DNA of 63,830 bases, the filler included, from Choristocarpus tenellus KU-1152 (Eukaryota > Protista > Phaeophyceae), in NCBI GenBank assembly GCA_964200185.2. It is 14 parts of 14 records of this genome, joined end to end, with 100 filler letters (N's around TTAATTAATTAA, not from the genome) between each part and the next. Parts side by side here need not be neighbours in the genome. Positions count along the whole stretch, not along the records: positions 6,540 to 12,399 come from CAXNAD020009570.1; positions 12,500 to 18,926 come from CAXNAD020008161.1; positions 19,027 to 23,843 come from CAXNAD020012950.1; positions 23,944 to 29,370 come from CAXNAD020010816.1; 10 more parts are not named here. One strand, written 5' to 3'. Of this stretch, positions 11,491 through 24,409 are shown one piece after another. The position numbers and the translations under genes are program-made. Below the pieces are notes generated by a model. It made no database searches. It had not been told where the DNA came from and saw only the letters and a program-made list of their open reading frames with translations. How positions within the stretch are numbered: the stretch's first letter is position 1; every line of letters begins with the position of its first letter.

Positions 11491-12499
11491 CCTAACAAAA
11501 TAATATAAACTAAAAAATATGATAATAGCAGGATTTCAGTTACAATGTTAATTTTGGTTTAGAAATACTTAAAAAAATAATATCCTCCTTGTACCCAATT
11601 ATATTCAACAAAAAACACCTAAGAGTAGTACATCATTTGAAAATGACATGATACTCGCTCTTGCTAATCTTGAAAGTGAAACAGGAAAAATTTTCCTCAT
11701 TGCTAAATACTGTGCATTTATGATACATAATGACAGTTCATTAGCACGTTTTGATATTCCAAAAGCTGTAGATCCTCTAAACCATATGAGTAAAAAATAA
11801 ATAATACACGAAATTGTAGACGTAAAATCTAGTATTTTGTTTTATCAATCACTTCCTTAACATTTTCATTTGATTGCAACATTTGTTTATTATATAGGCT
11901 TGGAAAGTGCATGGAGAATATTTTTTATCTTCTCTAGCTTTTAATATTCAGAAAGTATTTGTTCTAACTACCATTCCTTGAATGATAATATGATACTAGG
12001 AAACACCTCACAGCTTCTTCCTCGCCAATATCCTACGTAATGATCTACTAAAAATAAATTGAAGCACTAATAAATCCGAAATAATGTTTTTTTAAAGAAT
12101 ATTTAAACTATATGAGTAGGAATGATATGGAAACTATTCTTACTGGAGAAAATTGTAATTTTTTTATCCATTACAGTACCTACCCCTATTTTGGGCCTAA
12201 ACATTATGAACCAAATCACAAAATATGCAATTTTGTACCGCTTTTTCGACATGCTCAAAAGAGTAGCTTTTGTATCGGAATTCTCGTATTCCGGTATTTG
12301 GCACAAAATCCCAGATATATTCACGTGAGTTTGGCGCGCGCGCGTAAAAATTTCTCACGAAAAGTGCCTTTCTTCCTGAGTCATGCTACCATACGGCAGN
12401 NNNNNNNNNNNNNNNNNNNNNNNNNNNNNNNNNNNNNNNNNNNTTAATTAATTAANNNNNNNNNNNNNNNNNNNNNNNNNNNNNNNNNNNNNNNNNNNN

Positions 12500-12657
12500 G
12501 GGGTCTACACCAGGGTGTCCATTTGGACAAAAATAAGGAAAAGTTCATCTACATTATCCATCTGATGTATGCAATCAAATCACAAAAAAATCGCGACATG
12601 AAAAAATTGACCCCAAATGCACAGCCACCACCCCCCTCCCCCCAGATACTTTGAGTC
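12500..12657 (+). mobile_element. MITE/TIR family B terminus (...cccccAGATACTTTG)
   Basis: aaaatcgcgacatgaaaaaattgacccc...cccagatactttgag recurs at 55076-55145. Related termini lie at ~19100-19120, 19324, 29471 and 63802. Confidence 0.7.
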
Positions 12658-13770
12658 AATCGCAATGGTTGCTTGATATTCTGGGTGTGTCTACCATGCT
12701 TTTCCGGTGAACACAATCACTGTATCAAAAGACATGTAACTGCACATCCACAAATTTGCATGAAGGTATCACTATCGACATCAATACTTTGGATGGTTAT
12801 CCAAACCAAGACAAGAGTACAAGATCGAGGAAAATGCCTCTTAGTTCACTCAACGACAAGAAACCCCACCGGCAATCCCACCCAACATGCCCCATGTGCT
12901 CATTTTCAAGCTAATGCTCACACTCATCCTGCACTATGGCAGTATAGAACTCCCAGTTCAGTATGGTGATCAGTACTTCTGCCCTGCAAAAGAAGATCTG
13001 ATACTGTTGTGGTGATGTTATTCTCACTAACCATGAGAAAAAGCTCACTACTGGCTGGTCCTGTCTCCCATTGAGCTGTGCTGAGAAGACAAAGCTCGCT
13101 CAACACAATTTACATCAAATACAGACACGAAGGGTTTGACTGGGATGGGGGTATTACGTAGTCAAAATAAATTTGAAGCGCTGGTTGCAGAGATAAGTTC
13201 CAGCTTGCTATCAATCCCTGACTAAAGGTGACATGATTGCAGTAAGAGGTTGCAGCCTATCATCTATTCGCTGAGGAATGTGGCATGAGTACCGTCAAGG
13301 TCTTACATCCAACCCTGGGAAGGACGTGGAGCCAACTCCATCACACGGTAAGGTCCAAATACAAAATGTGTAACAAAGCTGGCAGAGGGTATTGAGGAAA
13401 AACAAAGTGCTGCAGGGTGTTCTTGGATTGTCATGGAAAGGCAAGATGAGAGTAATGGGTCATAACAGACCATCGCCGTGTAGATAATCGCAAGAGCAAA
13501 CACCGGAGGCACAATCTTCAACCGTTCATAATGTGTTGGAACTACTTTAGGACCCTACCAGAAAAACGATGGCCACAGTACTGAGAGAGGCAACAGGTGC
13601 TGTAGGCTAATTTCGTAATTATTGTTTTTTTTTAAGTTGAAAAAAGTATGGTCCTTTCAAAACCAAAGGGGTTGTAGGTCTATATCCCAAATATTCCATA
13701 ACATCACTCATTTATCTAACTTACATATATACTGTACACAGCTAGTTGAACGTCTGCAGAGGGCAATGTA

Positions 13771-15160
13771 TCACTGAGGCACAGTAGTACTTGCCTTACT
13801 GAGAATGCACACACCTATCCCAACTAGCACTAGTCCCATGCCTGCCAATGTTCGCGCAGGACGCTGAAAACTTTCTCCCATTGCCCATGCCGTCACAGCT
13901 GTGAAGAAGAAAGTCAGTGAATTACACACTGGCACTGCCATAGAGATATCTGATCATGACATTCACATTCAAATATACACAACAATAGGCAGATAATCAA
14001 CTCATAAGTCTTGGGCTTTCACTGAGAGAGGGTGCCATTGCTCTGTACGGAATGCTATGGGTAATGGAAGGATAGGGTGAACAAATGAATATCACATGTG
14101 AGAAGCTATGTGATGCACAAAATTATTATTACCAAGTAAGTTATCACGGCAGGTGATACTCTCAAGAATTGTCCTGGGTTTGATTTAGCCAGGAGGTCAT
14201 TGCATCAAAGGGTGTTCTACAGTGTTCATTGGGAGACTCACTAGGGCATGTTTACATTCAGATAGGTTCATCAAAGGAGGGGGGGGGAATAATATTGTAG
14301 CGACCTTCTGATTGGTGTGTATGAAACAAGTGCCCGTAGTATCGCTTTAGCATCTAGGCTAAACACAGCACTAACCCACAGCATTGAAGAGATTTTCCGT
14401 ATGTATATTGTAACAATAACTAATGCACCAGAAGCGCGACGTTAAGCACGGTGATCTCACAGACTGCTCTTATCGACTAGTTCACGCGAAACAATGTTTT
14501 TTATTGTCAATCGCATGCGAGTCTTGCGGGAAAATTAATATTCCATTCCATGCCAAACCACATGCGATGAATATATATACCTTGTGATCCGAGAAGGTAG
14601 TAGTAAAGTCCGGATCCTGACTGATTCAAGAGATATGGTAACGCCGCCTGCCGACAGAGATAAATGCAGAGGTATGGGACGTGGAGGTTGAACCAGAGTT
14701 GTTCGAGATAAAATATTTGTGGGACCGTCACGTCAACGTGGCGGAGATAGTGCTTTGCCTACTAATAGAGAGGCAGTGAGATACCTTCACGTGTACAAAG
14801 CAATACCCAAGGTTAGCGACCACGCTTCAGGAAAAAAATACTGTCACCTTTGGGTTTGCGAGACTTGAAAGAGGACGTAGGAGTCGTGGCAAGACTCCAC
14901 TCTTTTCCGATTCTTGCCTTGCATCAGGTGCTTCATCAGGTAAACTTGTCCCTGCAAAGCGGAGAAAAGTATGAGCAATACAATATCTACCCTCTCAAAC
15001 CAACAGATCTCAGTTTCATTCCCTGTTTCCAACCGAATAAAGCCTCACGTAAACATGTCCATCAGTGCCAAAAAAACTCGCCCTTCTTGATGAAAGGAGT
15101 CGTACAGCCCCAGCACGCTCCCACCAGCAGGAAACTCGCCATGGTCGATATCGACGGCAT
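13771..15160 (-). CDS. TMEM234: Transmembrane protein 234 homolog, complete; 4 exons: 15160-15082, 14951-14848, 14647-14581, 13949-13771
   Basis: Spliced product MPSISTMASFLLVGACWGCTTPFIKKG...[37 protein letters not shown]...LVGIGVCILSK...* carries the family motifs WGxTxP, PxLLNQxGS and AVPxCNSL. Intron phases are consistent; intron 1 is GC-AG. Confidence 0.92.
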
Positions 15161-15436
15161 TGTTGGTTGCTCTATACTCACATTCTATTTCATTCTTATT
15201 ATGATGGGTGAATAAATATCCTCAATTCCCTAGTTGAATTTCTCATCGTAGGAGTTGGTCGGAGTAAATCTTTCAAGGCGTCGGTCGGTTAGATATATTG
15301 AATCATGTTTGAATAGTTTTTTGAGGTATTCCAAACGGTAGTGTAGGTGCATACTTGGATGAGTCACATGGTGCTCACTTTGCCTTGCTTCTTCTTTCCT
15401 ATTCACCTATTGATTCTATTTTCGACTCTGGTTGAC
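15161..15436. promoter_or_regulatory. Putative bidirectional promoter (TMEM234 / aminotransferase)
   Basis: Divergent start codons ~276 bp apart. Confidence 0.55.
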
Positions 15437-18010
15437 ATGTCGTCCACCTCACCATTAGGAATGACAGACCCACGCCCGGGGTCTGCACCTCAATTCGAAC
15501 TCTCTCGAAGAGTACAATCGACTGAGCCTGCCCACATCGAGAAGGTGCTCTCAAAGTACTCAGATCTGGTCGATAAGCCTGCAAACCTAGCGCAGGGCGT
15601 AGCTCATTGGGATCCTCCTTCTTCGGCCCTGGATCTCATCTGTGGTGGCCAGAGTCAGCTCACGGACAAGGAAATCCACAGGTACGGGCCAGCGCTGGGG
15701 CTGCCCGCACTTCATGACGCGCTAGTCCGAAAGCTGGAAGAGGAGAATGGCCTTGATATGGGTGGGCAAGAGGTAAAGAGAGTAAGGGAAAAGCCAAGTG
15801 ATCGGATTTCTGGTTACTTCTCGACCTAGCAGTCGTAGTCGGGGCTGCTCAACAAAACAAGGCAGTTTAGTCACCAATCAGCGCGTAGTAGACTTGAAAG
15901 CAGTCGTATCTAACCCACCCCCTTCCCACTCGTAATCTTCTTTTCCCGTTGCAAAATTTTGCTTCCGTTGGTGTACACTTTCTCAAGGTCATGATTACTG
16001 CGGGCGGTAACCAAGCATTCGCGATGGTCGCCCTGGCTCTCCTAGACCCTGGTGACCGTGTGATCTTGATGAAGCCCTACTATTGTGCCCACCTGTGTGC
16101 AGTGCAGCTGGCGGGGGCAGAAGTTGTCGGGTGCGATTGGGATGCTAAGACTCTCTTGCCTGACTTGCTTCATCTTCGAAAGGAGGTGGAAAAAGGGGCC
16201 AAGATGGTCGTCATCACCACCCCAGGCGAGTCACTTCACATGGCGAGTCTCTTCTTATCTTCATGAAATAGGGCGATGGTCAGGGTTCCCTTGTATGTAT
16301 CCCTCCTGGAAGTGTTGATGTTGGTGTCAAGGGTGTAAAGATATTCACTCGGGAAGAGGTGTCCACCTGTATGCTATGCACCCCAGATCCAAATCCGAAT
16401 GACTGAGTAAAACGGTTAAATGGAATGAGCGCTGGCACCTGTCCCACTCATTTTGCTTGTTCCCTGCAGTACTACCTCATTATAGAAATATCCAGAGGTT
16501 CATCTAGAACATAGAAATGATTAGCGTACTATGCAATATATCTGTCACCATGGTATGGTAGAATAGCACTATCTGTAGTAGTAGTTAAGATGCGAGATTG
16601 GTTTGGTTTCGATGTAGTCCTAACTAGATAGTACGTAGTACTAAATACCTTGTGGAAATGCTATGACAGGAAACCCCTCCGGAGCTGTTTGTCCTCCGGA
16701 AATGATGGATCAAATTGTTGACCTGTGCAGGGATAAAGGGGTGTGGCTAGTTGTGGACGAGGCCTATGAGCACTTCCTCTTTGACGGTGCCAGGTGCGCC
16801 CTTTTGCTGATGCTTTGATCTCTTATATCCTCTGCCCATGGGAATAGCTGATTGTCACAGAGAGTTCCTATTCAATATCTTCCCTGGCTAGGTCTCAAGG
16901 ATTAGATGGTGCAGCCTGAGACTTCCATGGTATGGAGTTGTTGAACAGGTGCATTGGTCTTCTAAATTCAACACTCCCAACTTTGAGCATCCCATGGCCA
17001 TTTGAACAAGATCACTGCAGTAATCCCCTAGCATATATCCAGCTACTGAGGTCCTCTGCGGCTTTTGTATCCATTGACTACACGAACTACATCCCCTGCA
17101 GTCATTACAGCCCTTGTGGGAATCGCCTTGGTTACCCTGGGCTTATCCATCTTTACACTATGTCCAAGTCGTTTGGTCTTGCTGGTTGGCGAGTTGGTTA
17201 TGCAGTCTACCCTGCCTGGGCAGGGGATAATATGGTGAAGGTCCAGGACACATTGCCTACTCACGCATCCATTGCTGGCCAGAGGGTTGCCTTAGCTGCG
17301 TTGGTGGGGGAAGGAGGTGCGCGTGCGCCGTGGTACAGGCAAGGAAAGAGTGACAAAAAGTACAAGTCTGTGGTTCTTTTTCCAGTACCCATGGTTAATG
17401 AGATACAAACAGTCGATCCAGTGCTTGTTTGGGATCATTATTGTTGCTGTGGCTATCCAACCTGAGCTCAGGAGGGAAAAGAGCTAGAAAAAAATGCTTT
17501 GGTGGGTGCGGGCGGAACAGTACTCTCTCCGACAGGAAAACTACCATTAGAACATGCAAGTAGGACGATCCACAAGGAACGTTCTTGCACCCTTCTTGGT
17601 GGCCGGCCTTAGTACCCAATCAATAGATGTACTCTCCCCCATGCCTTTCCTGTAGGTGTTCCGAGTATCACAGTATCGGCAGTACTATTAATTGGAACCT
17701 AGCCTGGGCCGCGTAAGACATTGAAATGTGTATTTCTTTGGCACTGCTGAGCAGTCTTGTCCCTGACAAACAACAATCCCCTCTTGATAAATAATTGTGT
17801 GTACATTAAAGGTGGCTCGAACTGGTCTGTCTCCAAGGTGAAATCGTTGTCTTGCTGTCGAGAGGCTGCCTGGGCTGCAGTGAAGGGGATGGGTGGGGTG
17901 AAGGGTAACGGGGCATTCTACTACATGGTGCCTCTTCCTCAAGGGGTGTCGGAGGATGCAGCAATCGACCACCTTGCCAGGCGTTGGGGAGTGCTGGTCA
18001 CTCCTGGAAG
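15437..18010 (+). CDS. PLP-dependent aminotransferase class I/II, 3' end missing; exons 15437-15772, 15988-16225, 16670-16793, 17102-17316, 17812-18010
   Basis: Motifs NLAQG, RYGPALGLPAL, ITAGGNQA, PYY, TPGNPSG, VVDEAYEHF, the PLP lysine motif TMSKSFGLAGWRVGY, GAFY and VLVTPG. Exon phases are consistent; intron 2 is GC-AG. The start codon is uncertain (15437 or 15461). Confidence 0.93.
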
Positions 18011-19484
18011 GTGACTTGGTGTTTGTTTGTATGGCAACAATGCAAGTGCCTTTCCCCGGTAACCTATTGCGTGGACATACTGTGTACCCTAGTCAAGAAC
18101 ACATTGAGATAAAGTGCTCTTGTGGGACTCCAAATCAAACCTTCCTGCTGGAGCAGTTATGTCTGTGTGACAGAACCCTGGTACTTCCATGCTCCACTTT
18201 TGTGGCTGGAGTCCTCTAGTGTGACCAAGGGCTGACCACAGGTCCAGCAAACGGCAAGGAATGTGCTCTGTGTACACCATGGAGCAATAACAGCCTGCAG
18301 AACCTGTGTCCAATCACCGAGTCGATCTCTCTTGTTTTTTTTCATTTTTTTTCATTGATGAATAGTAATGCCTCCATAAAATGTGCAAAAAGTGCACGCA
18401 CACTGGATATGTTCGATTCGATTATAAATCTCAGCTACTACCCTAACCCTAACCCTAACCGCATCGAGAAGAATTTTGCACTGCATTGCCTCAGCTAACT
18501 GTGGCACAGGACTTAACCACATTAACCACATTAACCACATTAACCACACTATACATTGTCGAGGATGGGCATGCTGTGTCAGAATGGACCATTTGCAAGG
18601 AGTCAGAGGTTCTTTCCTCTCAAAATATTAATTCAATACAGTGCATGATCTTATGATTGTACACACCAAGTGAGAACTTCAATGAATGAACCCCTCACAA
18701 ATTGAAAAAGGGGTGTCACTGCCGCACCAGACACCATGCAAAAAACAGCACCCAAAAAACGCCTCGGGTCTCGATCATTTTTGAAAAAAAATAAAGTGCA
18801 CTTTCTTTTGTAATCGTAGGAAGAAAAAAAAAACCCCACGAGAATCTTATTTTATTTCCCAAAGATTTTATTTTTTGGTAGGCAATTATTATTATTTTTT
18901 TTTAGAAGATCGTTTCCCCAACCCCCNNNNNNNNNNNNNNNNNNNNNNNNNNNNNNNNNNNNNNNNNNNNTTAATTAATTAANNNNNNNNNNNNNNNNNN
19001 NNNNNNNNNNNNNNNNNNNNNNNNNNAGCCTGCTTGGGCGCCTCTTTGTCGCGCTCGCTTCTCCCCCAGCCCACCTGCTTCGTCGCCCCCCCCCCCCCCC
19101 CCCCCTAGATACTTTGGGTCTTAACCCAGAACTCCTCGTCTGCTGCCTGTGCTGCAGCAACATTGGTTGGGCGTGGTCTTGTGCTCGGATTGTAAAGGTC
19201 CCAGAAGCCATGATAAACAACTATCAATTTTAGAACTTTTCCTTTGTACTACAATATCATTTGCTAAGGACTGACAAGGGTACACTGCACCTACAGGATC
19301 TGAGTATTGGAACTCTGATAATAGGATCAAAGTATCTGGGGGGGGAGTGCCGGCGTCCGTTTTTGGCCCTATCTATTTAGATACCCATGGTGACTGTGGG
19401 GAAGTCGGAAGCCTTGACCTTCTCTAAATGACAGTATGCTCTGGTATTGTCTACAAAATGCTGCTCCTAACATATTTTGGTAAG

Positions 19485-20461
19485 AAGTGAAAGTATCTTA
19501 GAGGGTACGAGTTTTTCCCCTTCTGTCCATTTGGGGCTTGGTTTCCCATATGATCTTTTATGACAATTTCCTACTCCAAAATGTTAGGCATCGGTAAAGT
19601 GTATATGTTGTTGGAACCTGAATTGAATGCATTGTACATGTGTGTAAGCAAAATGCGTAGACTACTAGTGATGAGTAATCATGGTGTTGCAAAGCACCGA
19701 TGAGCGATATACGTAGTCTATGTTATGGATGGGCGTGATTGTGCTGCAAAGCACTGATATATTTATTCTGTTGTAACTGAGGTCATTGATCTCTCAGTCA
19801 AGAATGATGCGATGTGAATTCAGTGTTCTTTCATGTGATACTCAACGAAAGAAGTCCATGCTTTGTGTAGAGGGTTGTTACTTTGGCTGACAAGGGTTTC
19901 CGCGGATGGTTTTAACCCTGATTATATTACATATTATATGTGTGTGTTTGATACACAGTTTGCAGAGTGAGCTTGGTGCAACATGAGGGATCGATGGCAG
20001 TCACAAAAAAATAATAATCAACAATCAACGTACAACTGTCATCTGCTGCTGTTAAGATGAAAGAGTGAAAGAAAAACAAATAAGAAAACATGAGAACAAA
20101 ATTGAACCAATATGTGATGCATCTCAAGTGACATATACTATACTATTTGTTTGGAACGCAGAGCGGCTGTTCTGTACTAAGGTGTTCTGATTGTAGTTGA
20201 TGTGGTGATGACGAACTAGTGAGAGTAACGTCCAGAACGTAACATATCAATTAATAGTCAGTGTTGACTCGTGGAACTGTAACGTATCATGGAACAAACA
20301 GATGAGTAGCCTATGTTTTAACATATGTTGCTAAGAGGTCTGCCCGGAACATGGATATTGGCACTTCCTAACAAACACGACAGCCAAAATTTAATCAAAA
20401 TCGCAACATTGGATTTGGCCCCCTAGTGGACGCGACTCTACCCTCTAAGATACTTTGGCTC
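19485..20461 (+). mobile_element. MITE family A copy split by a solo LTR
   Basis: Left TIR aagtgaaagtatcttagagggta; right TIR taccctctaagatactttggctc. The two halves align to 33456-33706. Confidence 0.85.
19609..20323. mobile_element. Solo LTR (715 bp) with 5-bp target-site duplication
   Basis: Starts TGTTGGAA and ends TTTTAACA; flanked by TATGT at 19604-19608 and 20324-20328. Confidence 0.85.
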
Positions 20462-23069
20462 AAGGCAGCCTCACCACTATCGAAAATGTCACATTTCGTA
20501 CTTTATCCTCTGGGAGAAACGCTATTGGAAGTTTGCACGACCCCAATATCTGCATTGGTCGAATATTGCACCCTCTGGGGTTTGCTGCATATAAGGTACA
20601 TTTGCCTGCTATTTTGAGATGTGGTTTGCTGTTGCCACCCTCCCAAAGAGCAGTGTTGCGCCAAAAAACAGATGAGGCGGAATTCCCCCTCCTGCACCTG
20701 TGTCAAGGAGTACCTGGACAGGCATTCTCAAGTGTACTTTTTATGGATGCCATAGCAGGGCAGATATCCATACTTGAGCAGTACGATGGGCAGATGTTAT
20801 GCGAATATTATCAAGTTGAGGATGGGTATCTTACTGTCTATAGTTGGAATGATAGGGATCCCTGGAGCCTCAGACTCCAGGGGGCAGCTTCAAGATGACT
20901 CTGATGTGTCCAAATCGGCTGGGCTTCTCGCGAATAGTGGAGGGGGTTCCGAGTCTTGCATTTCTGCTAGGCATTGGAGATGTGTATTTGTTAAGGCTAC
21001 CATCGTACACGACTCTTCAGTGAATGTAGCACCTGGAGATACCTGGTGGTTTCTCAAAAGATATGAGAAGTATCCCTTAGGAACTATCGAGTTGTCATAC
21101 GTGCACCTGCACTCACCGCTTATTAACCTAAAGCAGTCTTGACCATAGGCATGATGAAAGCAAACTCGGTGTGCCCTTAGCCATGTATTGACTTTGTCCT
21201 GGAAGGCAGACGATGGAGGTAAGCCGTTGCCCGAATGGTATTGACTTGTATCGCTCGCCCTAACTGTGGCCAAGGATATAGTGGGGGTCGAAGCACAGGA
21301 TGGGGAACGGATGTGACTGGTCGAGCTGGTTTTGATTCATTGCTTTTTGGAACAAACGAAGTCCCATGTTTCCCAGGAACGGAGGCAGGTTGGTTGTCTA
21401 AGGCAGCACAGGCAACGGACGAGGAGTTCTGGGTTAAGACAGGTTGAAGCATCGGCACGAGGGCTGCCAGTATACTGTTGACAACCTCTTCGTGCATGGA
21501 TGTCCTGTTCTGGCGAGGTAGTCCCAGTTCCTGCTGCCAGTCGGGGTTTCAGCTGAGACCGCAGAAGGGTGTGACGCACTAAGCAAACAGAGCACGCGCA
21601 TGTGCCATACTACCCAAAGCAGTGTGAGTCTTATCTTTGTGCGATGTAGATCTTGTAGCCTTGAGGTTGGCTGGGACACATGCGTATTGGTCGATTCGGT
21701 TGGATAATTCCTGTATGAGATCATCAAAGATCTGTTCTGCTTTGATTCCATGGTTCACCATTTCGTTCCCCAAAGGATATTATTTGAAATGGCTAGTGGG
21801 TGAATTTGGCTTCTAATTCCTTTGCGAAATGAAAATGCCATATTCTGGGCTTGGATTTGGTTAGGACATTAGGGAGGAGAGTTGGGAGAGCTCATCTACA
21901 CAAATCAATGAGTCGATATTGACCTATGTATCCCGCTCCCCAAATGAGCTTCATATATTTGAGCCATCCGGGAGTCCATGTATACACTCGATAGTGCAAA
22001 AATCGGCAATTGGCCGCAGCCTTCCACAACTCTCCTTTCTCTGATTTGCTAAAAGTTGCAGAATAAATCCGTAACTTGGGAAGGTCGCTACAGTTCCCAG
22101 ATGTATTCCAACGTCTATAAATCAAAGAAACAAAATGGTAAATGATGATGAGTGATCCTAAAAACAGCTCAGATCTCAGATGGTTCAAGCACCCCCAGGA
22201 CTCACTCTTAACTGGTACCAATTCTCATATTCATGCTTATTGATTCATTAAGAGTACCCTTGTTCTGCTGAGCTGACGTTCATTAACCTGTGGATTGGAC
22301 CCCCCTTTGACTGTCGGAGTATCCTGGGAGCCCTGTACGAACATCAGCGTCATCTATAGGACTGTGGATTGGAGCTACACATCCTGAGGCACCACCACCA
22401 GTTTTTCTTTGAGCCTCCGTTTTCCCCTTTTTGATTTCTGAACATTGAGTGTTGTCCAAGCATTAGGCTCTTGAGGAATCGATTATCATCTATTTGCAAC
22501 GTGAAACCTGGAATATGGCCTCCTTTTTGAAGATAACTGGCCTCAATGTGTACCCACATCCAGTTTTCTGAAGGGATGATGATCTAAACGACATGGGGTG
22601 GTGTGTAGGTTTTGGGTTGCGAAACTCCGTGAAGGGATTTTTGAGTTTCCAGTGTTAGGGATGGAACTGAATATATTTTGGTGTTAAGGTGGTACCAGTA
22701 GCTTCGCCCTCTGTGGCGATCGTAGTTTTTTTCACTAGGTTAACGCAATAGTTTTACAAAATGTATATATCAAATGAAAGGGTATGACAAGAGCTTTTGA
22801 AGGTTTGTATCCAAGAATGTCCAGGCTTCGAGGAACTGGAGCTATGTCCCGATCATAAAAGGGAAAAAAACGCGGGGGAAGATCTCTGGTGCAATTTGGA
22901 AGGTCATGACTTCAAAATGGACGTAAAGGAAGTGGTTGACTGAATTCCTTGAAAAAAAATGGTTCGGGGGGGTATGTCGTTGCCCAAGTTTGCCAGTGTG
23001 GAAATATCGAAAAAAAACTCAAATTTCCGGACATCTTTTTAACGCCTTTTGCATACTTTTTGTGAGCAC

Positions 23070-23843
23070 ACACATGCGTGACTTAGACAGCAACATGAAC
23101 CACAACGGTGAGACAAGGAGAGGCACTGAGGCCACTTTTCCCCCTGGATCTACCCTCGGCACCTTCTTTGTCGAGAGGCGATGGAAAAGCAAGTACCGTG
23201 TTACACTCGGTGCGAAGTTAGGTGACGAGAAAGTGCGTGTAATATGGCGTAGCAGCATGATCAAATCACGAAATGGACCACACGGTCGCGACGCTGACGC
23301 TGAGAGAAGATGCATTGAAAGCATTACCACACAGACGTGGTTGGATCTTCAACCACGTCGGAGCACTGTTTTGCAGTCTCTGCTGCCTCGGGAAAGCAGG
23401 AAGAGAGTGGCGAGTTCATCACTAGATGGTATAGTGACGAAATCTGTGAGGAGCCTGGTCACGGCAGGCGAAGGGAGAACCAGGGTGGCAGCCCGAAGGG
23501 AAGATTGAGCAAGAGAGCAGTGCGACTGCATGCCATTGCGCTCAGGAAATGCCTAAGTGAAAGCCTGGGTGTAGAATATCTTAGTAGTCGACAGTTGCAG
23601 CAGGCCCTGGCTGTTTGGAAGCTGTGTGAGCCAGAGTGGCTCAAGGAAACGAGAAAGAAGGTGTTAGGGTTGGGGTACAAGGGATCTGAAGCCCGAAAGA
23701 AGGTCAAAAGGGTTTGCAAGGCGGAGGAGAAAGCGATCGTAACAAAGGCTGCTGTGGAGAATTTTCGATACCACCAAATCCCTTACTTAGAAGAGGTCGC
23801 GAAGCAGGTGGAGGTAGCCATCGACAAGGACGCCAGGGAAGAA
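23070..23843 (+). pseudogene. Intronless frameshifted ORF pair of unknown family, probably TE-encoded; truncated by the linker
   Basis: ORFs 22936-23508 and 23337-23843 overlap and are basic and helical; no motif recognised. Confidence 0.35.
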
Positions 23844-24309
23844 NNNNNNNNNNNNNNNNNNNNNNNNNNNNNNNNNNNNNNNNNNNNTTAATTAATTAAN
23901 NNNNNNNNNNNNNNNNNNNNNNNNNNNNNNNNNNNNNNNNNNNGTGGGGGGGGGGGGGGGGGGGGATGGGAAGAGCCAAAGGTTCAAGTTGCCCGGTAGA
24001 CAACCAAATTTGAAACGGTACCGTGGCACTTGTTTCCTTGATTTCCTCCAATGAAATGCATCCTTTTTTTTGTCATTGAGACAAGGTAAACATACAAACA
24101 AACATACAAAAAAGGTTTATAATTAAAATACAGCTTGAAATAACAAGGAGAGAACGGGCTTAGAAAGGTCCTTATGTACTTGCAGTAACCCAAAGAGCAC
24201 TGCCATTACTACATCAGACAGAGGGGTCCTAAAACAACAACAATGAAGTAAAGCTTGAAGCAGCAGCAGCAATAGCAGCAGCAGGTGTTTCATGCTAGCC
24301 CTTACTTAC

Positions 24310-24409
24310 CTCGACGATATCCTTGTTCACAATGGTGTCTGGGAAGTGCTTCTTAATGATGTTCTTGGTAGCGCTGTAGTATCTCTTCAACCCCGCACCT
24401 CCTGAATCT
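24310..24409 (-). CDS. Internal exon, Rdx/SelW-like thioredoxin-fold segment without the CxxC/U motif
   Basis: Strong acceptor (T)n cag and donor GAG|gtaagt; translation xSGGAGLKRYYSATKNIIKKHFPDTIVNKDIVE. Confidence 0.45.

Larger units (their letters stand above)
19365..22600 (-). mobile_element. Decayed Ty3/gypsy-type gag-protease region interrupted by a MITE
   Basis: The minus strand reads PVQVLLDTGAGGG (DTG at 20704-20696), then after a frameshift ...MQILGSCKLPIAF...VTFSIVVRLP | MITE | YQNMLGAAFCRQYQSILSF, giving both retropepsin motifs. Gag-like broken ORFs lie at 20890-22559. Confidence 0.7.
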
